Shown: piece by piece, positions 50,455-60,789 of the stretch
Numbering within the stretch: the first letter of the stretch is position 1
Layout of the letters: every line of letters starts with the position of its first letter
Assembly (NCBI GenBank): GCA_035273265.1
Contig: DATEPG010000298.1
Location: forward strand, 14,669 to 78,668
Length of the DNA: 64,000 nt
Origin: Polyangiaceae bacterium
Lineage (GTDB): Bacteria; Myxococcota_A; Polyangia; Polyangiales; Polyangiaceae
Reading direction: 5' to 3'
Translations under genes and position numbers: made by a program
Notes under the pieces: model-generated
Databases searched by the model: none
Seen by the model: the letters and a program-made list of their open reading frames with translations, nothing else
Told to the model about the DNA's origin: nothing

Positions 50455-50898
50455 GTGCAACTAACCTCCTACACCGACTATGCGTTTCGAACGTTGATCG
50501 CGCTCACCTGCGTCGCGCCCGAAAAGCTGACCGTGGGCGAAATCAGTGAGAGCTATGGCATATCGTTGAACCATTTGCTCAAAGTCGTGCAGAGGCTGGC
50601 CGAGCTCGGCTACGTGGAGACCCTACGCGGCAAGTCCGGTGGTGTGCGGCTGCTCGCCGATCCAGGCGCGCTCAAGCTCGGCACGGTCGTCCGCGGTATG
50701 GAACCCGAGCTCGGTGTGGTTCCGTGCCTGCGCACCGGTGAGCAGCTGTGCGCGATCGCTCCGGCTTGCCGGCTCAAGTCCATCTTGGGTGAAGCCACGG
50801 AGCAGTTTCTCGCTGCGCTCGACGAGCACACGCTCGCCGACATCGTGGCCAAGCCGCGCGTCGCGCGTTTGCTCAAGTTGACCGTTCGTTCTCAGTGA
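50455..50898 (+). CDS. nsrR: Rrf2-family NO-sensing regulator (NsrR-like)
   Basis: MQLTSYTDY, NHLLKVV, RGKSGG, three Cys ligands (C-x6-C-x5-C). Confidence 0.88.
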   Translation: MQLTSYTDYAFRTLIALTCVAPEKLTVGEISESYGISLNHLLKVVQRLAELGYVETLRGKSGGVRLLADPGALKLGTVVRGMEPELGVVPCLRTGEQLCAIAPACRLKSILGEATEQFLAALDEHTLADIVAKPRVARLLKLTVRSQ

Positions 50899-52466
50899 AC
50901 CTCTGAGCGCCACGCTGGCGGTCGACCGCGCCGACCCCGTCGACCAAGCGCGAGCGCCAGCATTGCGAATGCGAGCCACGTCCATCGCACTTCTCCCGCG
51001 CCGGGCTTGCCGGGGATCCTGCAGGTGCAGTGGTCCAAACGGCGGAACGCATACTTCGGATCTTCTTCTGCACTACCCGCGGCTCCGCCGTCGTCAATCG
51101 CCGCACCGCCGGTTCCACCCGAGTCGACGGCCTGTCGCCCCCCGTGATTCTGGTCGCCCGACGCAGCTCCGGCCCCTGCGCTATTGCTTGGCATCCCACC
51201 GCTGCCCGCCGGATTGCCTCCGTTGCCGTCACCACCAACTTCGCCCGCGCCGCTCGCGCCAGCTTCGCCGTTGTGCATCGGCAGGTTCAGAGCACGGTAT
51301 GCGACGGCTCTTTCGATTGGAGCGACCTGGCTCGCGGCGGCCTCGAGTGCCACGACCAAGCATTGCTGTTCCGAAGTCGGCGTCGCAACGCCGCACGTCG
51401 TGCTGGCGGTGTTGGCCGGGCAAACGAGTTCGACCGTCGCATCGTCCGTCGCGGGTGCCGATCCATTAGAAACGCGCCCGAGCTTGCCCCACGTGGCAGC
51501 AGCGGGAGCGTTGCAGGAAACCATATAGAAAGAGGCTTGGAAAAGACCAGGAAAGAGCCCGACTGGTCCAGGCACTGTCGGGCGCGCGAAGAAGTGATTC
51601 ACGCTGCCGGGAGTCGTGTCGAGGAGGTTCCCCCCCCTCGTGTTGCGGCTCCCGATCTGTTCGGACGCAAGCGTCAGCCCACCAGCGCAACCGCCGATGA
51701 GGGCACTGGCGTAGGCCCACTTCGCCGGATCATTGATGAGAAGGGTCCCAGACAGGAGCGCATGGGCACCGGGATCCGGCGTCGAAAGGTCGACGTTGTG
51801 AGCTGGTGTCCCGTCGTCGTGCTTGCGCATGGCGAGTTGGATCTTGAATGAGTTCGTTACGTTCAGGCCCGCCGCGGCCAGATCAACTTTGAAGTTGATA
51901 CCCCAGGCCGCGTCGCGGGCCACGTTGTTGCGCCACACAGACGGATCCTGCAGCCACTTGGGCGCGCCCAGAGGCGAGGTCCAAGTTCCGGCATCGTAGT
52001 TGTGTTGTTGGATAACTCCCGCATCCGAGGGATCGGTCGCTCCGATACCATTCACTTGAATGGCCACGCTCTTCGCTTCTAGCGATTCCGTTCGGCTCGT
52101 CGTGAAACCGAAATAGATCACGTCAGCGTTTCCGGGAGTACTGAGCTGCGAAGGCGCCTGGAATGAGACCGCGAGGGTTGACCTTGTGGAGTCCACCATC
52201 ACCCGGTACAGGCCTGCATTACCACCGGGGTCGTTTTCGAAGCCGAGCCTCGGCGCTGCGTTCCAGCGTGGTTCGTTGAGCTCAGAGCGCACGACCCCGG
52301 GGGCCTTCCAAATCGGAATCCCGCTCAGCCCCGGGAGCGCTGCCGGAGTGGAGAAGCACACGTCTGCCTGGGCGGGCCTTGCGGCAACCGAAAGCAAGCT
52401 TGCCCCAAGAAGCGAAGTGACACGCCAGCGGTGCGCCGTTTTGAAGTGGCGTGGTGCGATTGCCAT
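50892..52466 (-). CDS. Secreted protein with MYXO-CTERM-like tail (paralog B)
   Basis: Signal ending AQA, clear similarity to the neighbouring gene, HCTCR-hydrophobic-RRGRR tail; start MAIAPRH at 52466. Confidence 0.8.
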   Translation of the reverse strand: MAIAPRHFKTAHRWRVTSLLGASLLSVAARPAQADVCFSTPAALPGLSGIPIWKAPGVVRSELNEPRWNAAPRLGFENDPGGNAGLYRVMVDSTRSTLAVSFQAPSQLSTPGNADVIYFGFTTSRTESLEAKSVAIQVNGIGATDPSDAGVIQQHNYDAGTWTSPLGAPKWLQDPSVWRNNVARDAAWGINFKVDLAAAGLNVTNSFKIQLAMRKHDDGTPAHNVDLSTPDPGAHALLSGTLLINDPAKWAYASALIGGCAGGLTLASEQIGSRNTRGGNLLDTTPGSVNHFFARPTVPGPVGLFPGLFQASFYMVSCNAPAAATWGKLGRVSNGSAPATDDATVELVCPANTASTTCGVATPTSEQQCLVVALEAAASQVAPIERAVAYRALNLPMHNGEAGASGAGEVGGDGNGGNPAGSGGMPSNSAGAGAASGDQNHGGRQAVDSGGTGGAAIDDGGAAGSAEEDPKYAFRRLDHCTCRIPGKPGAGEVRWTWLAFAMLALALGRRGRRGRPPAWRSEVH

Positions 52467-52533
52467 CGAGTGATACTCACTTTTCTTGAATCGAGGAGCG
52501 CAGCCGATCGCTGCTGCGCTCCCAATAGCCGAG

Positions 52534-54630
52534 TCAGCTCCGTCGGCTGCGGCGCCTTTGACCGAGCGCGATTGCCAGCGCTCCGAGTCCGAACAAACTC
52601 CACTGTGCGCCGCTGCTGCCGTGATCACCGGCAACACGACAGCCGCAGTGTGCATGCGGCTCGACGGGCGGGGGCTTCGGGCACTCCGGACCTCCCGTTC
52701 CCCCGTCTGGCTGCTCGTGCGCCGTCACCTTGGTGACCACGTGCGCCACGCCCTCGCTCGGGACGGACAACAGGAAAACGTCGGGTCGAAGCTCTTTGAA
52801 CTGCGCGCCGTTAGCTAGCTGAAACGAATGCGAGAAGCCGAACAGCGGACCTTCATGCGAATGGAAGGACGTGAACGGATACATGGGCACGAGCTGTTTC
52901 GAGGTCTTGCCGCCTATCGTGACGGTCTTGCCACTGTCGTAATAGACATGCACGTCGAACGTGGGCCACACGGCGCCGAGCGCTTGCAGCGGATTCAGAT
53001 CCAGATCGCCGATGCCGGTCTGCGGCAGCGGGAGCACGACTGGCTGCCGGTCAATCCTGGCGGGAGCGGTCTTTGCAGGCACGACAGCGCCCGCTTTGGG
53101 CGCGACCAAGACTGGCTGCGCGCCGGGTGTCTTGGGCTTCGCGACGGCGGGCTGCCCGGCGGCTGCAATCGGTCCGCCGACGACGCCGGTTGGTTTTCCC
53201 TCGGGGTGACGAACCGGCACCGGCGGGGCCTCGGCAAAGCGACGCGTTGCGGCCATCTTGTCGGTCGGCAGATAGAGCTGCTTGCTGCCCTGCGCAGGCA
53301 TGTTCTTCGGATAGATGTAGACGTATACGTCTCGCGGCAGATCGTTGTTGAAGACCTTCTTCAGGCCCTTCACCGAGATTTCCGCTGGGGTCGCGAACTC
53401 GGAAAGTGGTTTGAACCACATGTTGGCAAACGCCGATGCCTTGGTGATTGGTACGATCTGTCCCGGGGCGGGGCTCAATTCGACGTACACGCATTGATGT
53501 GCCACGGCCGGTGTGGCGATACCGCACGTTTGCGTTGCCGTGTTTGCGGGACAATTGAATTGGATCGTGGAATCATTCGCCGCTGGCGCAATGCCATTTG
53601 CAACTTGCGCCCCGCCGTTGAGTGGCGTCCACGGTGCGTTGGCCGCAGCGATTGAACCCCAATTCGCGACATGAAACTTGCCTTGAAATAGTCCCGGAAA
53701 CAGGCCGATTGATGCCGGGATGGTGGGCTTGGCGTAGAACTGGTTGATCGCCCCGGCGGTAGTGTTGACCTCATTCGGGGCAGGGTTGCCCATGTCTACG
53801 TTCGTGGTGCCGATCTGATTGCCCTGGATGGTGATGCCACCCACGCAGCCGGAATTGATGGCCACCGCGTTGGCCCAATTCGCGGGATTGTTGATCAGCA
53901 AGGTGCCGGCCAAAAGTGCATTCGCGCCGGGATCGGGCGTCGAAATGTTGACGCTGAGCGCGGGTGGCACCTCATCCTCTTTGTGCATGGCGAGCTGGAC
54001 CTTGAATGCGCTCGTTGCGCTCAGACCGGCGGCGGCGAGGTCTACTTTGAAGTTGACGCCCCACGCTGCATCGCCGGCGACGTTGTTCCGCCAAACGGAC
54101 GCATCTTTGAGCCAGGTGGGCGCGCCGCTGAGAGAGGTCCAAGCCCCCGCGTTGTAATCGTTTCTTTGGATGACTAGCGCATCCGAAGGATCGCTGGCCC
54201 CCGTCCCATTGACCTGAATCGCGACGGCCTTGGCTTGGGCCCCCACCGTCCCGTCTGTGGTAAAACCGAAATAGATGACGTCGGCGTTGCTCGGCGAGCC
54301 GAGATCGGTTGGCGCTTGGAATGAAACCACCAGGGTCGAACTCGTAGGGTCGACCATGATGCGGTAAAGCCCTTCATTGCCTGTCACGTCGTTCTCGAAG
54401 GCCAGCTGCGGCGCTGCAGCCCAGCGTGGTTCGTTGAGTTCTGCGCGCACAAACCCCGGGGCCTTCCAAATTGGAATGCCGCTCAATCCTGGAAGCACAC
54501 CCGGAGTGGGAAAACAGACGTCCGCGAGTGCCGGGCTAGAAAAGGTCGAAAGAACGGCCGCTCCGAGAACGATCGGAGCAAAGCGCCGGCCTCTGTGCGC
54601 GGACCTGGAGCGTTGTTGAATGATTGCCAT
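52534..54630 (-). CDS. Secreted protein with MYXO-CTERM-like tail (paralog A)
   Basis: Signal ending ALA, HCGCR-hydrophobic-RRRSRRS tail; start MAIIQQR at 54630 with GAGGA upstream. Confidence 0.85.
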   Translation of the reverse strand: MAIIQQRSRSAHRGRRFAPIVLGAAVLSTFSSPALADVCFPTPGVLPGLSGIPIWKAPGFVRAELNEPRWAAAPQLAFENDVTGNEGLYRIMVDPTSSTLVVSFQAPTDLGSPSNADVIYFGFTTDGTVGAQAKAVAIQVNGTGASDPSDALVIQRNDYNAGAWTSLSGAPTWLKDASVWRNNVAGDAAWGVNFKVDLAAAGLSATSAFKVQLAMHKEDEVPPALSVNISTPDPGANALLAGTLLINNPANWANAVAINSGCVGGITIQGNQIGTTNVDMGNPAPNEVNTTAGAINQFYAKPTIPASIGLFPGLFQGKFHVANWGSIAAANAPWTPLNGGAQVANGIAPAANDSTIQFNCPANTATQTCGIATPAVAHQCVYVELSPAPGQIVPITKASAFANMWFKPLSEFATPAEISVKGLKKVFNNDLPRDVYVYIYPKNMPAQGSKQLYLPTDKMAATRRFAEAPPVPVRHPEGKPTGVVGGPIAAAGQPAVAKPKTPGAQPVLVAPKAGAVVPAKTAPARIDRQPVVLPLPQTGIGDLDLNPLQALGAVWPTFDVHVYYDSGKTVTIGGKTSKQLVPMYPFTSFHSHEGPLFGFSHSFQLANGAQFKELRPDVFLLSVPSEGVAHVVTKVTAHEQPDGGTGGPECPKPPPVEPHAHCGCRVAGDHGSSGAQWSLFGLGALAIALGQRRRSRRS

Positions 54631-54689
54631 TGACGTTGTCTCGATCCTCTTGGGACTGGTTTCCACCTGATTTACGTCCGCCTCAGTCC

Positions 54690-57128
54690 CTATGGCGGCG
54701 TATCTTGGACCTGCAGATAAAAGTTGTAGGCTGTGTTGGTAATCTTTCCTGCAGTGGCCGGGAAAGGCATCAGCGCGGACGCAAATTGAGCAAACGCCTG
54801 GGGCGTTGTGTAGGCGACAGCGCCCGAGGAGCTGAATTGAAAACCTTTTGCGCTGCCGACGAATTTCGCTCCGATCCAATAAGTCTTGCCGCCAGTGACC
54901 GTGGTGTTGACCTGGGGAGCGGCGCCGTCGATACCAGGGGCCACGCTGAAGGCAGGGGACTGTGATAGATACGCGCCAGGCTTTCCGGTGCCATCATCAG
55001 CCCAAAGGCCCATTCGAGCCTGTCCGCTCGAGCCTGCAAAGCCAATCAGTTGGAACTTCAGCACGGTGGCGTCTCTAGCAATCGCTACCGGAACGACGTG
55101 CCAAATATCTGGGGGAGGGTCGAATTGAACCGAGCCCGTCGCTGACGCTTGGCCCACGTTGTACGGCGTATTGGCCACGCACGCGCCGCTGGTGCAGATC
55201 TGTGCCGGGGCAGTGCACGTGGAAATGCTCGCGCAGGAGGTGCCGCAGCTGGTCACCGAATTCAGCGCCCGTTCGCAGCCGTCGTTGGCCGTCGCCGCGT
55301 TGCAGTCTCCGTAGCCTTGCGCGCAATTGGGTTTGCACGTGCCGTTCGTGCAGGCAGCCGTGGCGTGAGCGGTGGAGCACGTCAGGCGGTTGCCGCAGGT
55401 GGTCCCGCATGCCGTGGGATCGTTCAGGTTCGCTTCGCAGCCGGTTTGCACGGAGTTGTCGCAGTTACCGAACCCGCTATTGCAGCTCTGAATGCCGCAC
55501 ACGCCCTGCCCTGCGCAGTTGCCCGTGCCGTTGGTCACCGTGCAGGGCACCGGCGTGTCCCAAGTGCCTGCAGCGGAGCAGGTTTGGGCCGAGCTGTTGA
55601 CGCATACTTTGCTGAGCGGCTTGCACGCGACGCACGCGGTACCCAGACAGGCGGCCGTGGAGCAGTCGGAGTCCATGCCGCAGCCGAAGCCGATACCGCA
55701 GTCCGCCGCGCAGGTGCCGCCGCAATCTTTGTCCGTCTCGCTGCCATTTTTGATGCCGTCGATGCAGCTGAATGGGACGCATTTCAGTGCCGTGCAATGA
55801 CCGCTGTCGGGCAGCAAACAGTCGCTGTTGAGCGTGCAGCTCTGGTTGACCGCGCAACGCTTGGCGCAGGTGCCGCCACAATCTGTATCGGTTTCCGTGC
55901 CGTTTTTAACGCCGTCCGTGCAGCTCGCGGCCGCGCACTGGTTGTTGATGCAGCGAGCGCTGGCCGGGTAGACGCAATCGGTGTCTCCCTTGCAATCGTC
56001 GCCCACTTTGCAGCCACTGCACGAGCCGCCACAATCGATGTCGGTCTCGTCGCCATTTTTGGCCGTATCGCCGCAACCTGCGGCGAGGCATTTCCCAGTT
56101 GGCGCATCGCATTTGTAGGTACAAGCCGTGCCCTCTTGCCAAGTGCCAGCATCGCTACAGGCCTGCGGGATGAGCCCGCCCGCCTTGCACTTCTTTTCCG
56201 TTGAATGACATTCGCCGGCGCAGGCGCCGGCGCTGCACACGAACATGCAGCTGTCGACGACCGTGGCGGAGACCAAGTCCAAGCCGCACTCGCGAACGTC
56301 GGTCTCGGTTCCGCGACAGAAGCGATGCCCTTGCACGCGATTCTGGCACTCGGGAACGACCGGTTGGCACGAGCCCGCGTTGGCGCCTGGCGTGCTGTCG
56401 CACAAGGCGTTGTCGGTGCAGCTGCCGTTCGTTTGCCAGGTACCGTTTTGACAGACCAACTGCACGCGTTGCGCGTGGCCGCTGCAGGCGAGTGCGCCGG
56501 CCTTCGAGCATTTTGCCGCAGCGGTTCCAATCGCCGTGCCATCATCGACGACCACGGGCGGTGCCCCGCCTTCTCCAAGGTCGCCCGCTGCGCCCGCTGC
56601 GCCCGCCAGGCCCGTCGCGCCTGCTGCACTGGTTTCGCCCGCGCTAGCGTTGTTTCCACCGCCACTCGACGTGCCGCCCGTGCCACCAGCGTCCGGGCCG
56701 CTGGAGATGCAGATCCCCGCCGCGCACTCTTGTCCACCCGGGCAGAGGGAGCCCGGTTTGTCGCAGGTGGCTTGGCAGTGACCGGCGTTGCAGACCGTGC
56801 CCGCGGGGCAATCTTGGGTCCCGCACTGCGCCTGCTCGTCCGATACGCAGGCCGAGCCTTCGTCCGTGCGCAAGCAGTACGAGCCCGCCGTACAGTCCTT
56901 GTCCTTCGCGCACGGTTCGCTGCACGTCTGGAACAAGCACACTTGGCTGCCGGTGCAGTCGCTAGCCAGAATGCAGCCGCTCGCGTCTGGCTTCTTGCTC
57001 CAGCTTTCGATCCCGAGAATGCTCTGGCAGGCAGATGCCGCGAGGGCGAGCATCGGCAGCAGCAGCACGAGCGCCCGCACGTTGCTCCGCTTGGTGCGTG
57101 TCTGGGGCCGCCGTTCGTTCCGCCGCAT
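54690..57128 (-). CDS. Large Cys-rich lipoprotein
   Basis: ASAC lipobox followed by QSILGI, repeated C.DG.KNG.ETD.DCGG.C units, C-terminal beta-sandwich-like domain. Confidence 0.88.
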   Translation of the reverse strand: MRRNERRPQTRTKRSNVRALVLLLPMLALAASACQSILGIESWSKKPDASGCILASDCTGSQVCLFQTCSEPCAKDKDCTAGSYCLRTDEGSACVSDEQAQCGTQDCPAGTVCNAGHCQATCDKPGSLCPGGQECAAGICISSGPDAGGTGGTSSGGGNNASAGETSAAGATGLAGAAGAAGDLGEGGAPPVVVDDGTAIGTAAAKCSKAGALACSGHAQRVQLVCQNGTWQTNGSCTDNALCDSTPGANAGSCQPVVPECQNRVQGHRFCRGTETDVRECGLDLVSATVVDSCMFVCSAGACAGECHSTEKKCKAGGLIPQACSDAGTWQEGTACTYKCDAPTGKCLAAGCGDTAKNGDETDIDCGGSCSGCKVGDDCKGDTDCVYPASARCINNQCAAASCTDGVKNGTETDTDCGGTCAKRCAVNQSCTLNSDCLLPDSGHCTALKCVPFSCIDGIKNGSETDKDCGGTCAADCGIGFGCGMDSDCSTAACLGTACVACKPLSKVCVNSSAQTCSAAGTWDTPVPCTVTNGTGNCAGQGVCGIQSCNSGFGNCDNSVQTGCEANLNDPTACGTTCGNRLTCSTAHATAACTNGTCKPNCAQGYGDCNAATANDGCERALNSVTSCGTSCASISTCTAPAQICTSGACVANTPYNVGQASATGSVQFDPPPDIWHVVPVAIARDATVLKFQLIGFAGSSGQARMGLWADDGTGKPGAYLSQSPAFSVAPGIDGAAPQVNTTVTGGKTYWIGAKFVGSAKGFQFSSSGAVAYTTPQAFAQFASALMPFPATAGKITNTAYNFYLQVQDTPP

Positions 57129-58159
57129 CAGAATCGACCTCGTACGACCAGCCCCGCTTGGTCTTGTCCGAGCAGGGGCACGGCTTGCCAGTGCGCCGCC
57201 CGTGTCTGCTCCTGCCGTGGTTTCAGCAGAAAGAGCGTCACTCCCAGCGCGGTCAGCGCCCCGCCCGCGAGCACGGTAACGGTCGCGACGGTGGCCGCGG
57301 TCTTGGCATCGTCGCGCTTGGCGCCACCGAAGTCATCGCACTGATTTTGCGCGTCACAATGGCCATCGGACTTCGACTCTTTGTTCAGGCTGCTGGCACG
57401 AAGCGCAAAGATGCCGCTCACGCCGAGCGTCACGAGCCCGACGCCGCCGATGATCAGGCCAGGCACGCGCAGCGGTGTCACGGCGCGGGGAGCAGGATCC
57501 GCATCACCGGGATGCGCCGCAGCCACGGCCGCTGCCGAGTTCGCGCCCGTTGGCTCGGTTATGGGATCCAGCGCCAGCGCGGGGATCTGCACCGTTCGTG
57601 ATGCGCCCTGCGCGTCGACGGTGATCTTGGCACTGAAGGCGCGCCGACCCGGTGCCGTCGCTTCGACGAGGTGCTCGCCTGGATCGATCGGCACGCTCGT
57701 TCCCCAGGCGCCCGCGCCGATCTCGTGGCCGTCTCGCCGCACCGAGAAGCCTGTTAGCGCGGAAGCCGAAGGCTCGACGTTGATCGTCAAATGACACAGT
57801 TTTGGCTCGAGCGCGGCCATGTGCTCGCGGGCCGCGCGCTCGCGGTCGGCGCGCCCGTCGCGCTTGGCTCGCCCGGCTGCTTCGGAGTAGGTGGCCCATG
57901 CGCTTGCCGTGCGTCCGGCGCGTTCTTGGCAAATGCCGAGCGCCAACAAGGTGCCCGTCGCGGGATCCTGGGCGTAGCTCTCCTCGAGCTTCGGACACGC
58001 TGCGGCGTAGTTTCCTGCGTCCATCAACGAGCGCCCTTCGCGAAACAGCGCCTCGGCCGTTGCCGCGTCGCCGGCGTATGCGGGCGAGGAACCAAGCGAG
58101 AGCGTGAAAGCAAATACGGACCACGCGGTCGCACAGCGAATGTTGCGGATCATCGACAC
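57128..58159 (-). CDS. TPR and PEGA-like exported protein
   Basis: AEALFREGR..ACPKLEES TPR, PIDPGEH.VEA PEGA-like segment, hydrophobic hairpin, terminal VVRGRF. Confidence 0.88.
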   Translation of the reverse strand: MSMIRNIRCATAWSVFAFTLSLGSSPAYAGDAATAEALFREGRSLMDAGNYAAACPKLEESYAQDPATGTLLALGICQERAGRTASAWATYSEAAGRAKRDGRADRERAAREHMAALEPKLCHLTINVEPSASALTGFSVRRDGHEIGAGAWGTSVPIDPGEHLVEATAPGRRAFSAKITVDAQGASRTVQIPALALDPITEPTGANSAAAVAAAHPGDADPAPRAVTPLRVPGLIIGGVGLVTLGVSGIFALRASSLNKESKSDGHCDAQNQCDDFGGAKRDDAKTAATVATVTVLAGGALTALGVTLFLLKPRQEQTRAAHWQAVPLLGQDQAGLVVRGRF

Positions 58160-58163
58160 TCCT

Positions 58164-59624
58164 TCATTGGCGATCGTCGATCAGAGAGTCGTCGGATGGC
58201 TTTTTGGTGATCGCCGGGGCGCGCGTTGACTCCGCGGCTGTGCGCGGTGCAGCAGGGGCAGCGGCAGGGGAGCGCGGGGGACGGGGGGCAGGCTTCAGGG
58301 AGCGAGCCGGGCCGAGTGGCGAAGCCGGAGCAGAAGCAGAAGCAGAAGCAGAAGCAGAAGCAGGAGCAGAAGCGGCAGCGGGCACGGGCGTAGTGGACGC
58401 GATGACCTCGGCTAGGGCTGATGGTGGGCTCGGGCTGGGCGCTTGGGCAATGGTGCCCGAGTCCGCGATGGAAGGAGCGGAAGCCTGCTTGCTATCCGCC
58501 GCCGCGCGCGGGCGGAGCGTGAGTGCGGCGACGGCGGCGAGCACGCTCAGCAGACCTGCTGCGATCAGCGCAGGTTTGGCGCGGCTGCTGCCGGCCGCGG
58601 TTTTGCCGAAGGCGGTCACTGTCGAGACGCCCACGGCGGGTGCTGCGCTCGCAACGGGCGGCACGGAGGGCGCAGGCGAGGTCGCCGACATGCCCGCGGC
58701 TTGCATCACTTGCGCGATGCGATCGATCGATGCGCGTGACTTGCGAGGCGCGTACGGGCCGAGCGCCCCCGCCAGATCCCCCACCGTTTGGAAACGCCTC
58801 GAGCGATCCTTTTCCAAGCAACGGAAGATCACCGTCTCGAGCCCCGCTGGCACATCCGGCCGCACTTGCAGCAGCGGCACTGGAGCGCCATCCACGATTT
58901 TGAACACGAGCTCTGGCATCGAGTCGGCGATGAACGGCGCCGCGCCCGCCAAAAGCTCGTATAAAATCACGCCCAGCGCCCAGATGTCTCCGCGAGCATC
59001 GACGTCTTTCGACGAGCGCATCTGTTCTGGCGACATGTACAGCGGTGAGCCCAGAAGCGCGCTGGTTTTGGTCGCCGAAGACTCCCCGCCGGAGGCGCTG
59101 AAACCAGTTAACTTAGAGATGCCAAAATCCAGCACCTTCACGCTCTGAACGCCACCCGGCAAGCGTGCGACGAACAGATTGGCCGGCTTCAAATCGCGGT
59201 GCACGATGCCAATTGCGTGCGCTTCGGCGATGGCTTCACAGGCTTGAAGCAGCAGATCGACCGCCTGTTCGACTGGCAATCGCCCGCGCTCGGTGAGCCA
59301 GGCAGAAAGGTCGCCACCCTCCAGGTATTCCATCACCATGTACGGAGCGCCGTTTTCCAGCGTGCCGACATCGGTGACTCGGGCGACATGCTCGCTCTTG
59401 ATCTTGACCGCAGCGCGCGCCTCGCGCGCGAAGCGCATCACCGCGTCGGCGTTGCCGAGCGTTTCAGGCAGCAGGAACTTGATCGCTACCCGATCATCCA
59501 ACTGAATGTGATGCGCGGCGACGACCACGCCCATCCCACCGATGCCGAGCACCTTGTCTACGCGGTACTTCCCAGCGAGGATCAAGCCCTCGGTGACGCC
59601 TGCTAGTTGCTCCTCTCGATTCAT
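58164..59624 (-). CDS. Membrane Ser/Thr protein kinase
   Basis: GIGGMG, VAIK, HRDLKPAN, DFG, YMSPE, one TM and a Pro/Ala tail. Confidence 0.96.
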   Translation of the reverse strand: MNREEQLAGVTEGLILAGKYRVDKVLGIGGMGVVVAAHHIQLDDRVAIKFLLPETLGNADAVMRFAREARAAVKIKSEHVARVTDVGTLENGAPYMVMEYLEGGDLSAWLTERGRLPVEQAVDLLLQACEAIAEAHAIGIVHRDLKPANLFVARLPGGVQSVKVLDFGISKLTGFSASGGESSATKTSALLGSPLYMSPEQMRSSKDVDARGDIWALGVILYELLAGAAPFIADSMPELVFKIVDGAPVPLLQVRPDVPAGLETVIFRCLEKDRSRRFQTVGDLAGALGPYAPRKSRASIDRIAQVMQAAGMSATSPAPSVPPVASAAPAVGVSTVTAFGKTAAGSSRAKPALIAAGLLSVLAAVAALTLRPRAAADSKQASAPSIADSGTIAQAPSPSPPSALAEVIASTTPVPAAASAPASASASASASAPASPLGPARSLKPAPRPPRSPAAAPAAPRTAAESTRAPAITKKPSDDSLIDDRQ

Positions 59625-59805
59625 ACGTTCGCCTTCGACATCCTTCCATGCCGATGTCGGTTCGCCTCTCAGCCCGCACAGGCGCGGGTCGCAAACACAA
59701 AAGGCTAGTCGAAGAGCTCCGGGCTCGTATGTAGTAACAGATCCAACGCGCGGCTTTTCCCGCTCAAAAGCCGAGAAAAACCACCAGGCTGAGTGGCCGC
59801 TTTGG

Positions 59806-60789
59806 CTACCAGCGCTGATGCACCGCGGGCCGAACCCGCGCGTCGTAAAGCTCTTTCACGCGCCGCATCACGTCGCTGCTGAGTGGCGGCAGGTCCGACG
59901 CAGCGGCGTTTTCCGTCACCTGATCGGGGCGCCGGGCGCCGGGGATGGAGCAGGTGACCGCGTCGTGCATGTCGATCCAGCGCAGAGCAAATTGCGCCAG
60001 CGACATGCCAGCAGGAACGAGCGCGCGCAGTTCTTCGACGACCGAGAGCCCGGTGTCGAAGTCCACGCCGGAGAAAGTCTCCCCGCGATCGAAGGCGGCG
60101 CCCGTGCGATTGAATGCTCGGTGATCGTCGGCGGCGAACTGCTGACCGGGCTTCATCTTGCCGCCGAGTAGCCCCGAAGACAGCGGCAAGCGAGCCAAAA
60201 TTCCGACCTTTCTCCGTTGCGCCTCGGCAAATAGGTGTTCGGCCGGGCGCTGGCGAAAGATGTTGAAAATGATCTGAATCGACTGCACTTCCGGGTATTC
60301 GATGGCTTTGAGCGCTTCCTCGACGCGCTCCACGCTCACCCCGTAGTGCTTGAGTTTGCCTTCGCGCTTCAGCTCGTCGAGCACGCCGAACACCTCGGGC
60401 ATGTAATAGACGTCCGTGGGAGGACAGTGCAATTGCAGAAGGTCGAGCGCTTCGACCTCTAGGTTCTGAGCGCTCCGTTCCACGAATGCGCTCAAATTGG
60501 CGTGCGTGTAGCCGCTGGCCAGGTGCGGGTCGAGGCGCCGGCCGGCTTTGGTGGTGGTGTGAAAAATTGCTCCGCGCTCGCGTTTCAGGCGAGCGAGCAG
60601 ACGCTCACTGTGACCATCGCCGTACACGTCGGCGGTGTCGAAGAAGTTCACCCCGAGATCGAGCGCCCGGTGCAACGCCTTGAGTGAATCCTCGTCGTTG
60701 ACCGGGCCCCAGGTGCCGCCAATCGCCCAAGCGCCGAAGCTGACGGCGGAAACATTGAGGCCGGTGCGACCCAGAGCGCGGTATTGCAT
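59806..60789 (-). CDS. Aldo/keto reductase
   Basis: GAWAIGG, FFDTADVYG, DLLQLH, IPGA; start MQYRALG at 60789. Confidence 0.95.
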   Translation of the reverse strand: MQYRALGRTGLNVSAVSFGAWAIGGTWGPVNDEDSLKALHRALDLGVNFFDTADVYGDGHSERLLARLKRERGAIFHTTTKAGRRLDPHLASGYTHANLSAFVERSAQNLEVEALDLLQLHCPPTDVYYMPEVFGVLDELKREGKLKHYGVSVERVEEALKAIEYPEVQSIQIIFNIFRQRPAEHLFAEAQRRKVGILARLPLSSGLLGGKMKPGQQFAADDHRAFNRTGAAFDRGETFSGVDFDTGLSVVEELRALVPAGMSLAQFALRWIDMHDAVTCSIPGARRPDQVTENAAASDLPPLSSDVMRRVKELYDARVRPAVHQRW

